64,000 nucleotides of DNA, taken from positions 346,776-410,775 of the forward strand of contig CAVVPZ010000006.1 of assembly GCA_963750255.1 (NCBI GenBank), written 5' to 3'. The notes under the pieces are model-generated. The model searched no databases and had not been told where the DNA came from. It was given only the letters and a program-made list of their open reading frames with translations. The position numbers and the translations under genes are program-made. The DNA comes from an uncultured Actinomycetes bacterium (GTDB lineage Bacteria > Actinomycetota > Acidimicrobiia > Acidimicrobiales > CADCTF01). Each line of letters starts with the position of its first letter. The first letter of the stretch is position 1. Shown here one piece after another: positions 8,316 to 17,162 of the stretch.

Positions 8316-8833
8316 GAGGCAGAGAAGGGCCAAGGTTCAACGACGTGGTTGCGTTTCTCATCTCGCTTGTCCTCAGCGGCGGCATGATCGCCGTGATCCT
8401 CCGTGTGGGCAAGAACCGCCCGGTCGGGACACCGCTCACCTGGGGTGAGGCGTTCGTCGCCGCCATTTGGGTGTTCACCCTGCTCTTCCTGCTCTACGGC
8501 GTCGTGCCCCACCAGTTCCTGGCCTGGGCCGACAACGAACTCGAGTGGCGCTCCGACAAGATCGGCATCCCTCTCGGCCCGCTTGGCGGCGTGCTCAACG
8601 GCACCCTCGGCATCAAGAAGGGTCTGCTCTTCCCCAACGGCGTGCCGCTGCCCAATGGCACCTTCATCCTCACGGCCCAGGTGCTGCGCGACATCCTCGC
8701 GGCCGGCATCTACATCGTGTTCCTCTTGGCCCAGATCAAGATGTGGCTCTGGTGGCAGAAGCGTGATCAGGTGAAGACGGATCAAGGCGAGCTGACCTCA
8801 CCGTATGGACGCCCCCTGGTGCGGGGAAGCTGA
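8300..8833 (+). CDS. hypothetical integral membrane protein (first gene of the respiratory array)
   Basis: 177-aa ORF with 3-4 hydrophobic spans. I recognise no family. The true start may be GTG 8345, because 8300 abuts the -10-like hexamer and the palindrome. Confidence 0.6.
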   Translation: MIPFTRGREGPRFNDVVAFLISLVLSGGMIAVILRVGKNRPVGTPLTWGEAFVAAIWVFTLLFLLYGVVPHQFLAWADNELEWRSDKIGIPLGPLGGVLNGTLGIKKGLLFPNGVPLPNGTFILTAQVLRDILAAGIYIVFLLAQIKMWLWWQKRDQVKTDQGELTSPYGRPLVRGS

Positions 8834-8845
8834 GGATGTGCGCTG

Positions 8846-9259
8846 ATGGCTAAGACCGACGCCAACCCCCCGCTCCCGAACTTCCCGGGCGACTACGTCC
8901 TTCAGGAGATCGGCCCCGACGACCTCTCGAAGTCGGTCAAGCCAAAGCAGTTCCTCCACATCGACCAGGCCGAGTGCATCATGTGCGAGGGCTGTGTCGA
9001 CATCTGCCCGTGGAAGTGCATCCACATGCTCGACGCGGGCACGGTGGCCGAGTCGACCAACACCGAACAACCCGGCGTCGACCCCGACGATCACGTGATC
9101 TTCGTGGTCGACGAGGACGTGTGCACGCGGTGCGGCCTCTGCGTCGACCGGTGCCCGACAGGCGTGATCATCATGGGCAAGGCCGGGGTGGCGCCCCGCG
9201 AAGGCGACGCCCACCAACGCGACACCAAGCACGGTTTCGCTTACGGCATGCGGTTCTAG
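8846..9259 (+). CDS. 2x[4Fe-4S] ferredoxin-like protein
   Basis: 137 aa with CIMCEGCVDICP and CTRCGLCVDRCP cluster motifs. Confidence 0.85.
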   Translation: MAKTDANPPLPNFPGDYVLQEIGPDDLSKSVKPKQFLHIDQAECIMCEGCVDICPWKCIHMLDAGTVAESTNTEQPGVDPDDHVIFVVDEDVCTRCGLCVDRCPTGVIIMGKAGVAPREGDAHQRDTKHGFAYGMRF

Positions 9260-9296
9260 GAAGGTAGCGAGATGGCTGTGACAACTGGAGGAACGC

Positions 9297-10082
9297 GTGG
9301 CTAAGCGCATGAGCCTGAAGGACCGGCTCCCCAAGGCTCCCAAGCCGGCCGACATGGTCGACTACGTCCAGGGAAGTCAGCTGTGGTCGTCGATCTTCCG
9401 GCCCGGGTCGATCTTCCGCAAGGGCTACACCGACAGCCCTCGGAACCGGTCCTACGTGGTCATGAACTCGGTGCTGTACCACCTGCACCCGGTCAAGGTG
9501 AAGCGCCACGCGGTCAAGGTGAGCTACACGCTGTGCCTGGGCGGACTTTCGTTCTTCCTCTTCATCATCCTGACGGTCACCGGCATCTTCTTGATGTTCT
9601 TCTACCGACCGACGGCGGCCCAGGCGTGGAACGACATCGAGACCCTGCAGACGTCGGTGACGTTCGGGCTGTTGGTGCGCAACATGCATCGATGGGGTGC
9701 CCATCTCATGGTGATCTCGGTGTTCCTGCACATGGCCCGCGTCTTCTACCACGGGGCCTACAAGCCGCCCCGAGAGTTCAACTGGGTGATCGGCATCATC
9801 TTGTTGACGCTCACCTTGCTGCTGTCCTTCACCGGTTACCTGCTCCCGTGGGACCAGTTGGCGCTGTGGGCTGTGACCGTCGGCACCAACATGATGGGCT
9901 ACACACCCGTCTTCGGTCAGCAGGTCAGATTCGTGTTGCTCGGCGGGGTGGAGATCGGCACCGACACCTTGTTGCGCTGGTACGTCCTCCACGTCCTCAT
10001 GTTCCCGTTCGTCATCGTCATCTTCATGGCCATCCATTTCTGGAGGGTCCGGAAGGACGGCGGCATCTCCGGGCCGCTGTAG
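9297..10082 (+). CDS. cytochrome b6-type (N-terminal four-helix) cytochrome b
   Basis: 261 aa. RNMHRWGAHLMVISVFLHMARVFYHGAYKPPREFNW and HVLMFPFVIVIFMAIH supply the two H-x13-H haem ligand pairs. The ORF ends right after helix D. Confidence 0.9.
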   Translation: MAKRMSLKDRLPKAPKPADMVDYVQGSQLWSSIFRPGSIFRKGYTDSPRNRSYVVMNSVLYHLHPVKVKRHAVKVSYTLCLGGLSFFLFIILTVTGIFLMFFYRPTAAQAWNDIETLQTSVTFGLLVRNMHRWGAHLMVISVFLHMARVFYHGAYKPPREFNWVIGIILLTLTLLLSFTGYLLPWDQLALWAVTVGTNMMGYTPVFGQQVRFVLLGGVEIGTDTLLRWYVLHVLMFPFVIVIFMAIHFWRVRKDGGISGPL

Positions 10083-10098
10083 GAAAGGTCGAACTCCG

Positions 10099-10830
10099 AT
10101 GACCGAGATCCCCGAACACCTCCTCAAGCGAGCGCAGGCCCGCAGGGCCGAGAAGGCCGCCGGCGGTGACGCCGCCCCGGCCGACGCCGGTGCCGGTGCG
10201 ACCGATGACGGCGACAAGATCCCGGCGCGCTTGCTCACCGGCGAAGCCGGCCCCGGTGGCGGCACGGCGACGGCCACCGTCGCTCGGCCCGCGGCCCCGA
10301 CGGCCACCGGTCCGGCCGGCACCGCCGCCGGTCACACGCAACGCCTTCTCACCGTCGTCAAGGCGGGTTCGATCCAAGACGTCAAGGCGGTGCCGACCGA
10401 CAAGGTCCACGTCTGGCCCCACCTCATCGTCGTCGAGTTCGTCTCGGCGTTGGCGATGACGTGCTTCTTGCTCGTCTTCTCGACCTTCGTCAACGCCCCG
10501 CTGTTGGGCATGGCCAACTTCAACCTCACGCCCAACCCGTCGAAGGCGCCGTGGTACTTCCTCGGCCTCCAGGAACTGCTCACCATGTTTCACCCCATGG
10601 TCGCCGGCGTGACCATTCCGGGTATGGGCCTGATCGTGCTCGGCGCTGCCGGTTACATCGACAAGAACCCGTCGAACAAGCCGGAGGATCGCAAGTTCAC
10701 CATTGCCATGATGACGGTCTTCCTCATGTTCTGGGCCACCCTCGTCATCATCGGATCCTTCTTCCGCGGCGAGGGCTTCAACTTCATCATGCCTTGGGTC
10801 CAGGGCGTCCACGAGATCTTCGACCTCTAA
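10099..10830 (+). CDS. cytochrome b C-terminal part / subunit IV (PetD-like) with a long N-terminal extension
   Basis: 243 aa. KAPWYFLGLQELL (PEWY-loop equivalent) and three TM spans follow a roughly 95-aa Ala/Gly/Pro-rich extension starting MTEIPEHLLKRAQARR. Confidence 0.85.
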   Translation: MTEIPEHLLKRAQARRAEKAAGGDAAPADAGAGATDDGDKIPARLLTGEAGPGGGTATATVARPAAPTATGPAGTAAGHTQRLLTVVKAGSIQDVKAVPTDKVHVWPHLIVVEFVSALAMTCFLLVFSTFVNAPLLGMANFNLTPNPSKAPWYFLGLQELLTMFHPMVAGVTIPGMGLIVLGAAGYIDKNPSNKPEDRKFTIAMMTVFLMFWATLVIIGSFFRGEGFNFIMPWVQGVHEIFDL

Positions 10831-10840
10831 AGAGAGACGA

Positions 10841-11695
10841 ATGACCACCACCACCATCCTCGGACTCGCCGCCGTCGTCCTCGTCGTGCTCGGCGGGCTG
10901 TTCGCCTTCGCAACCACGCGCGCACGCGACCGGGCCTCGGCCGTCGGAGCGCTGTCTCGCGAGACCCGTTCTCGCGACAAGGGCCGCACCCGCACCGCCG
11001 CCGGCACTGAAGAACCCGCAGCGACCGGCCGTGAGGTCGAGCGCTCCGCTGCGCTGGCCCGCACTGGCGGAGGCACGCTGGTCGAGACCAAGCCCGCACC
11101 GCCCGCCATCCCGCTGCCCGCCGATCCTGAGACCTACGGCGTCACCCGTCGCCAGTTCTTCAACCGAGGCATCACCGCCTTCTTCGCCCTCGGCCTGGCC
11201 GGCTTCGGCACGGCCACGATCGGCTTCCTCTGGCCCACCCTCAAGGGCGGTTTCGGCTCGAAGATCCGGGCCGGGAAACTCGACGACATCCTGCGCGACA
11301 TCGACGACAAGAAGGAACCCTTCTACGTTCCCGAGGGCCGCTTCTACATCAACCCCTTCCCCAAGGATGATCTCGACAAGGCGTCGAAGGCGTACGCCGG
11401 CGGTGTGCTCGAGGGCATGCAGGACGGCGTCGTGGCGCTGTATCAAAAGTGCGTCCACCTCGGTTGTCGCGTCCCGTGGTGCAAGTCGTCGCAGTGGTTC
11501 GAGTGTCCTTGCCACGGATCGCAGTACAACCGGGTCGGTGAGAAGAAGGGCGGTCCGGCTCCCCGTGGTCTGGATCGCTTCGCCGTCTCCGTCGATGGCG
11601 GCGTCGTCGTCGTCGACACCGGCGCGCTGAGCCAGGGCCCGCCCATCGGAACCAACACCACCGGTCAGGAAGCTGAGGGGCCGCACTGCGCATGA
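10841..11695 (+). CDS. Rieske [2Fe-2S] subunit (actinobacterial QcrA-like)
   Basis: CVHLGCRVPW and CPCHGSQYN boxes. An internal twin-arginine TRRQFFNRG is preceded by an extra N-terminal TM. Confidence 0.9.
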   Translation: MTTTTILGLAAVVLVVLGGLFAFATTRARDRASAVGALSRETRSRDKGRTRTAAGTEEPAATGREVERSAALARTGGGTLVETKPAPPAIPLPADPETYGVTRRQFFNRGITAFFALGLAGFGTATIGFLWPTLKGGFGSKIRAGKLDDILRDIDDKKEPFYVPEGRFYINPFPKDDLDKASKAYAGGVLEGMQDGVVALYQKCVHLGCRVPWCKSSQWFECPCHGSQYNRVGEKKGGPAPRGLDRFAVSVDGGVVVVDTGALSQGPPIGTNTTGQEAEGPHCA

Positions 11696-12730
11696 TCTCG
11701 CTCGCCCAACCCACGACCCTCGTCGTCGGCTCCGCCGTCGAGCGCGCCGGCTGGCTGCTCGGCGCCGTCACGATCATCGTGATGATCGCCTACTTCGTGG
11801 TGACGTTCCGCTACCGCGATCCCGACGAGGACCGCACCGCCGAGGCCGAACTCGCGCCCAACCGCAAGCCCTACCTCGATGACGAGGCCCTCGAAGGCCG
11901 CCGTCTCGAGCGTGCGCTCGGCTGGGCCCTCGTCCTGTTGATCGTCGCCGCCATTGGGCCGCTCGTCTACTGGCTCAACGAGCCCGGCCGGCAGGCCGGG
12001 GCCATCGCCGAGTTCGACAGCAAGGCTGTCGAGCGGGGACGGCAGCTCTTCCAGCCCACCGACTCACCCGAACACGGCGCCCACTTCGGTTGCGCGACCT
12101 GCCACGGTCCCCAGGGCCAGGGCGGCGTGACGAAATACACGATCACCGACTACCTCGGCACGACCCGTCAGGTCTCGTGGGCCGCTCCCGCGATCGACAC
12201 GGCACTGTTGAAGTTCTCGCCCGACGAGGTGCAAACCATCCTCACCTACGGCCGGGCCAACAGCCCGATGCCGGCCTGGGGCGTGGCCGGCGGCGGCCCG
12301 ATGAACGACCAACAGATCACCGACCTCGTCGCCTATCTCGACAGCATCAAGCTGACGCCCGCCGAGGCCCGCAAACGCACCATGGCGCGACGCCGAGCAG
12401 CAGGCGAAGACCGACGGCAAGTCGAGCGTCGACGGCGAGACGCTGTTCAAGACCAACTGCGCCCGTTGCCACACCAAGGGCTGGTCCTACGGCGAGCCGT
12501 CGATCATGGGCGGCGGCGCCTTCGGGCCGAATCTCACCGGCGGCGACACCCTGCGTCAGTTCCCCGACCGAGACACGATGGTCGACTTCATCACCAACGG
12601 CTCCGAGTACGCCAAGCCCTACGGCGTCCGCGGCGTCGGCGGCGACGAGGGCGGCGGCATGCCGGGCTTCGGCCAGGTGCTCACCGCCGAGCAGATCCAA
12701 GCCATCATCGACTACGAGCGAGGCCTCTAG
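11692..12730 (+). pseudogene. dihaem c-type cytochrome (QcrC-like), one frame break as assembled
   Basis: First haem site CATCHG is in the frame of 11692. The second site, NCARCHT, and the C-terminus (track ORF 12506..12730) are in the +1 frame. The switch lies between 12370 and 12385 (AAA run at 12373-12375). Confidence 0.85.
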
Positions 12731-13588
12731 ATGACCGCGCAGCTCCTCGCTGCACTTGCCTGGGACCCGCAGATCCGCGGCGCGTTGATCGTGGTGACCG
12801 CGTTCACGATCCTTCCTGGCAGCGTGTACCTCCTCCTCGCCACCAACACTGGCGCCAAGCTGGGATTCCTCCTCGCCGCCGCCGGGCTCACAGGCTGGAT
12901 GGCGGTCATGGGTTGGATCTGGGTGGCATACGGCATCGGCATCAAGGGCGACCCGCCCACGTGGCACGTCGAAGAGGTCGTCACGGGCAAGGTGGCCGAA
13001 AACGGCACCACCGATGAGGTGGCCACGTTTCCGGCCGGTTGGCGCAAGCTCAAGACAGGCGACGCCATCCTCGGCGACGCCACCGCATCGGCTGACAAGG
13101 TGCTCGCTCCGAGCACGAGCAGTGGCGGCCACGGCGGGAGCGAGGCCGCCGTTCCGGTGACGCCGGTCTACGACAGCCCGGCCGACTACGTGCAGGTCGG
13201 CGGCTACGCCAAGGGCGGGGAGAATTACTGGCTCCCCGGCGGTGGCTTGGCCAGCGAGACGAGCATCGGCAACCCGGGCACCAACGTGTTCTCGAAGTTG
13301 ATCGAACGGCTCAAGCGTGGCCCGTTCCACGCCCCGCACTACGCCGTCATTCAGGTGCAACCGACCCTCAAGCAACAAACGATCACCGGGGTTCCGCCCG
13401 CGCCGGCGCCGGATCCGACCAAGGCCGTGAGTTCGGTGGTCATGGTCCGTGACCACGGCGACCTCAGGTTCCCGTCGACGATGGTCGCCATCTCGATGTC
13501 CATCGTGTTCGGGCTGGTGGTCAATGCACTCCACCGCCGTGACCTCGAAATCATGCGCCAGCGCGCCAACGCGCCGGCCGCCGCCTGA
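12731..13588 (+). CDS. hypothetical membrane protein between the bc-type module and nuoA
   Basis: 285 aa. ATG abuts the preceding stop (TAGATG). Two N-terminal TMs and one C-terminal TM flank a soluble roughly 170-aa domain. I recognise no family. Confidence 0.6.
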   Translation: MTAQLLAALAWDPQIRGALIVVTAFTILPGSVYLLLATNTGAKLGFLLAAAGLTGWMAVMGWIWVAYGIGIKGDPPTWHVEEVVTGKVAENGTTDEVATFPAGWRKLKTGDAILGDATASADKVLAPSTSSGGHGGSEAAVPVTPVYDSPADYVQVGGYAKGGENYWLPGGGLASETSIGNPGTNVFSKLIERLKRGPFHAPHYAVIQVQPTLKQQTITGVPPAPAPDPTKAVSSVVMVRDHGDLRFPSTMVAISMSIVFGLVVNALHRRDLEIMRQRANAPAAA

Positions 13589-13603
13589 GCCGGAGGATTC
13601 GCC

Positions 13604-14083
13604 GTGGATCAGTATCTGCCGATCTTCACCATGCTGGTCCTGGCCATCCTGTTCTCGGGCCTGTCGTTCTTCGCCTCCGGACTCCTCGCGCCCAAGAAGG
13701 CGTCGGCGGCAAAGGAAGCGCCCTACGAGTGCGGCATCGTCCCGAGCCGCGAGCCCCCTCAGCGCTTCCCAGTGCGCTTCTACGTGGTGGCGATGCTCTT
13801 CATCATCTTCGACATCGAGATCATCTTCTTGTATCCGTGGGCGGTGAGTTTCGGTGCCCTCGGGACCTATGGGCTCGTGGCCATGGTCGTCTTCGCCGCC
13901 ATCGTTTTCATCTCGCTTCTGTACGAGATCGCCATGGGGGGCCTCGAGTGGGGGTCGGTCAACCGACTGCTCGCTCCCGACGTCGACGGTGAGCTCACGG
14001 TTCGCACCTCGACATCGACGATCCGTCGTGTGGCCAAGCAATCGCCGGTCGAGGCGCCCGTCGAGCAGGGAGCAGCGGCCTGA
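13604..14083 (+). CDS. nuoA: NADH-quinone oxidoreductase subunit A
   Basis: [27 protein letters not shown]. Has a C-terminal tail of about 45 aa. Confidence 0.93.
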   Translation: MDQYLPIFTMLVLAILFSGLSFFASGLLAPKKASAAKEAPYECGIVPSREPPQRFPVRFYVVAMLFIIFDIEIIFLYPWAVSFGALGTYGLVAMVVFAAIVFISLLYEIAMGGLEWGSVNRLLAPDVDGELTVRTSTSTIRRVAKQSPVEAPVEQGAAA

Positions 14084-14646
14084 TGCCGGGAATCGAAGAT
14101 CTCTCGCACAACTTCCTCACGGGGCGACTCGAAGATGTCGTCAAGTGGGCCCGCCGCAACAGCATGTGGCCAGCCACGTTCGGGTTGGCGTGCTGCGCCA
14201 TCGAGATGATGGCCACTGGCGCGGCCAACTACGACATCAGCCGCTTCGGCATGGAGGTCTTCCGGGCGTCGCCCCGCCAGGCCGACCTGATGATCGTCGC
14301 CGGACGGGTCAGCCAGAAGATGGCCCCGGTTCTCCGTCAGGTCTACGACCAGATGATGGAGCCCAAGTGGGTCCTGTCGATGGGTGTGTGCGCATCGAGC
14401 GGGGGCATGTTCCAGAACTACGCCATCGTCCAAGGGGTCGATCAGATCGTGCCCGTCGACGTGTATGCGCCTGGCTGCCCGCCCAACCCCGAGACGCTGC
14501 TCCACGCCATCTTGACCCTGCACGAGCAGGTCCGCACCGGCGACATCACCCGCCGTCGTGAAGAGACTGGCGCCGGTGCCCAGCTGCACGTCGAGGCCAA
14601 GACCCCGCCGCGGTCGACGTCGACCCCCGTCATCCTGAGCCGCTGA
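14083..14646 (+). CDS. nuoB: NADH-quinone oxidoreductase subunit B
   Basis: [24 protein letters not shown] (N2 cluster cysteines). ATG overlaps the nuoA stop. Confidence 0.95.
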   Translation: MPGIEDLSHNFLTGRLEDVVKWARRNSMWPATFGLACCAIEMMATGAANYDISRFGMEVFRASPRQADLMIVAGRVSQKMAPVLRQVYDQMMEPKWVLSMGVCASSGGMFQNYAIVQGVDQIVPVDVYAPGCPPNPETLLHAILTLHEQVRTGDITRRREETGAGAQLHVEAKTPPRSTSTPVILSR

Positions 14647-14647
14647 T

Positions 14648-15193
14648 ATGAGCGACGCACCGACCGACGAGGCCGTCGACGCGCCGGAAGCGCCACCCGA
14701 GCCCGAGCGTTTGCATGGCGCGTTGGTGTGGGTCGACCATCGAGGCCAGACCATCGTCTTCTCGACGCTCGAGCAGTACGGCGGGCTGATGCAGGCGTTC
14801 TACGACGAGGGCTTCAACTTCTGCTCTGACGTCACCGCGGTCGACTACCTGACCCACCCGGGCCGGGCGCTGCCGGTCGGCATCGAGGGCGAACGCTTCG
14901 AGATCGTGGTCAACCTCTTGTCGATGACCGAGCGGCGCCGGGTTCGCGTGCGGTTGCAAGTGCCCGAGTCGGCCCCCACCGTCCCGTCGCTGTTCACGCT
15001 GTGGCCCGGCACCGAGGCCATGGAGCGCGAGGTGTGGGACATGTTCGGGATCGCCTTCGACGCTCACCCCGACCTGACCCGCATCCTGATGCCCGAAGAC
15101 TGGGAAGGTCACCCCCTCCGCAAGGACTACGCCATGGGACGCATCCCCGTGCAGTTCAAGGCCACGACGCCGCGACCGGGGCCAGTGTCATGA
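14648..15193 (+). CDS. nuoC: NADH-quinone oxidoreductase subunit C
   Basis: WPGTEAMEREVWDMFGIAFDAHPDLTRILMPEDWEGHPLRKDY. Confidence 0.93.
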   Translation: MSDAPTDEAVDAPEAPPEPERLHGALVWVDHRGQTIVFSTLEQYGGLMQAFYDEGFNFCSDVTAVDYLTHPGRALPVGIEGERFEIVVNLLSMTERRRVRVRLQVPESAPTVPSLFTLWPGTEAMEREVWDMFGIAFDAHPDLTRILMPEDWEGHPLRKDYAMGRIPVQFKATTPRPGPVS

Positions 15194-16521
15194 GCCGCAC
15201 CGACGGTTTCGCGGCCGAGACCTCCGAGGGCGCCCAAGAGATGCGGGGCCGTAGCCAGACCGACGGCACCGAACTGCTCATGGAGCGCGGCGCCGTCCTG
15301 AGACTTCCGGAAGGTCACACGCTGTCGATCGACGACATCTCCATCGAGGTCGACGAAGACGAGACCATGATCATCAACATGGGGCCGCAGCACCCGAGTA
15401 CCCACGGCGTGCTGCGGGTGATGATGGAACTCGAGGGCGAGCAGGTCATCCGCTCCAAGCCCGTCATCGGCTACCTCCACACCGGCATGGAGAAGACGGC
15501 CGAGGACCTGATGTACATCCAGGGGTCGACCAACGTCACCCGGATGGACTACCTGGCCAACTTCCACAACGAGACTGTGCTCTCGATGGCCGTCGAGTCG
15601 CTCCTCGGCATCGACGTTCCGGATCGGGCCACCTGGATCCGGATGCTCCTGATGGAGCTCAACCGGGTCTCATCGCATCTGCTCTTCATGGCCACCAACG
15701 GCATGGACGTCGGCGCAGTGTCGATGATGATCTTCGGGTGGCGCGAGCGCGAGTTGGTGCTCGCCTTCTTCGAGAAGGTCACCGGACTCCGGATGAACTA
15801 CAACTTCATTCGACCCGGTGGCGTGGCCGCCGACCTGCCTGCCGGCTGGCGCGACGACGTGCTCGAACTGTGCGATCTGATCCTGCCTCGGCTCGACGAG
15901 TACGACGAGCTCTTGACCGGCCAGCCAATCTTCCAGCAGCGCACCCAGGGCGTGGGCGTCATCACCGCCGAGCAGGCCATCGCCCTCGGCGCATCTGGTC
16001 CGATCCTCCGCGCCACCGGACATCCGTGGGATCTTCGCTCCGACCTGCCCTACATGTTCTACGACCAGATCGACTTCGACGTCATCGTGGGCCAGTACGG
16101 CGACGCCTTCGACCGCTACGCGGTGCGCCTCAACGAGATGCGCGAGTCGATCAAGATCGTTCGCCAGATCGTCGACCTGATGCCGGCCGGCGATTACCGC
16201 ATCCAGGACAAGAAGGTCACGCCCCCTCCCCGGGCCCGGATCGACGAGTCGATGGAAGCCCTCATCCACCACTTCAAGCTCTTCACCGAGGGGTTCAAGG
16301 TGCCTGAGGGCGAGGTCTACGTGAGCATCGAGGCCCCCCGCGGCGAACTCGGCTGCTATCTGGCGTCGGACGGCACGGCCAAGCCGTACCGCATGCACAT
16401 CCGCGGTCCGTCGTTCGCCAACCTTCAAACGTTGCCGGTCATGCTCAAGGGCGGCCTGGTCGCCGACGCCGTGGCCGTCATCTCATCGATCGACCCTGTG
16501 ATGGGAGACGTGGACCGCTGA
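15190..16521 (+). CDS. nuoD: NADH-quinone oxidoreductase subunit D
   Basis: ATGA overlap with nuoC. MIINMGPQHPSTHGVLR and the C-terminal SIDPVMGDVDR. Confidence 0.95.
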   Translation: MSRTDGFAAETSEGAQEMRGRSQTDGTELLMERGAVLRLPEGHTLSIDDISIEVDEDETMIINMGPQHPSTHGVLRVMMELEGEQVIRSKPVIGYLHTGMEKTAEDLMYIQGSTNVTRMDYLANFHNETVLSMAVESLLGIDVPDRATWIRMLLMELNRVSSHLLFMATNGMDVGAVSMMIFGWRERELVLAFFEKVTGLRMNYNFIRPGGVAADLPAGWRDDVLELCDLILPRLDEYDELLTGQPIFQQRTQGVGVITAEQAIALGASGPILRATGHPWDLRSDLPYMFYDQIDFDVIVGQYGDAFDRYAVRLNEMRESIKIVRQIVDLMPAGDYRIQDKKVTPPPRARIDESMEALIHHFKLFTEGFKVPEGEVYVSIEAPRGELGCYLASDGTAKPYRMHIRGPSFANLQTLPVMLKGGLVADAVAVISSIDPVMGDVDR

Positions 16522-16570
16522 TGAGCGAAGCGAACGGCTTGCCCGCCCGTGCGAAGCACTGGAGGCACTG

Positions 16571-17162
16571 ATGGCCCGCTTGACGAAGGACAACGAAGCC
16601 CGCGCCCGGCACACGATGTCGCTGTATCCGCAGGTCCGCTCGGCGCTGATTCCCATGCTCCACCTCGTGCAGGAGCAGGACGGCTACCTCACGCGGGACG
16701 GCATGGTTCACGTGGCCGAGCTCCTCGACCTGACTCCCGCCGAGGTGTACGGCACCGCCAGCTTCTACGACATGTTCTTCTCCCATCCGGTGGGCAAGTA
16801 CCTCGTCTCGGTGTGCACCAACATCGCCTGCCTCCTCAACGGCGGCCAGCGAAGTGCTCGAACACGCCGAGGATGCGCTCGGCGTCCAAGCCGGCGGCAC
16901 GACCGAGGACGGCGAGTTCACGCTCGAAGAGGTCGAGTGCATCGCCTTTTGCGGCAACGCTCCGTGCCTGGCGGTGAACTGGCGGTTCTTCGGCGACGTC
17001 ACCAACGACTTCTTCGATCGCTCGTCGACGACCTCGAGTCGGGTCGGCTGGCGGAATCGGTTCCGAGCCACGGGACGCTCCCTGAGCCGCGTGCGGCGAG
17101 TTCCGAGCCTCGTCAGCGCAGACGCCGACCGACCCGACGACACGAGCGGGGAGCGCAAGTAG
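16571..17162 (+). pseudogene. nuoE: NADH-quinone oxidoreductase subunit E, about 3 frame breaks as assembled
   Basis: LIPMLHLVQEQDGYL and VCTNIACLLNGG are in one frame. EVLEHAEDALGV...ECIAFCGNAPCLAVN is in a second frame. LVDDLESGRLAESVPSHGTL returns to the first, then SRVRR...stop at 17162 returns to the second. Switches lie near 16848, 17018 and 17080. Confidence 0.85.
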
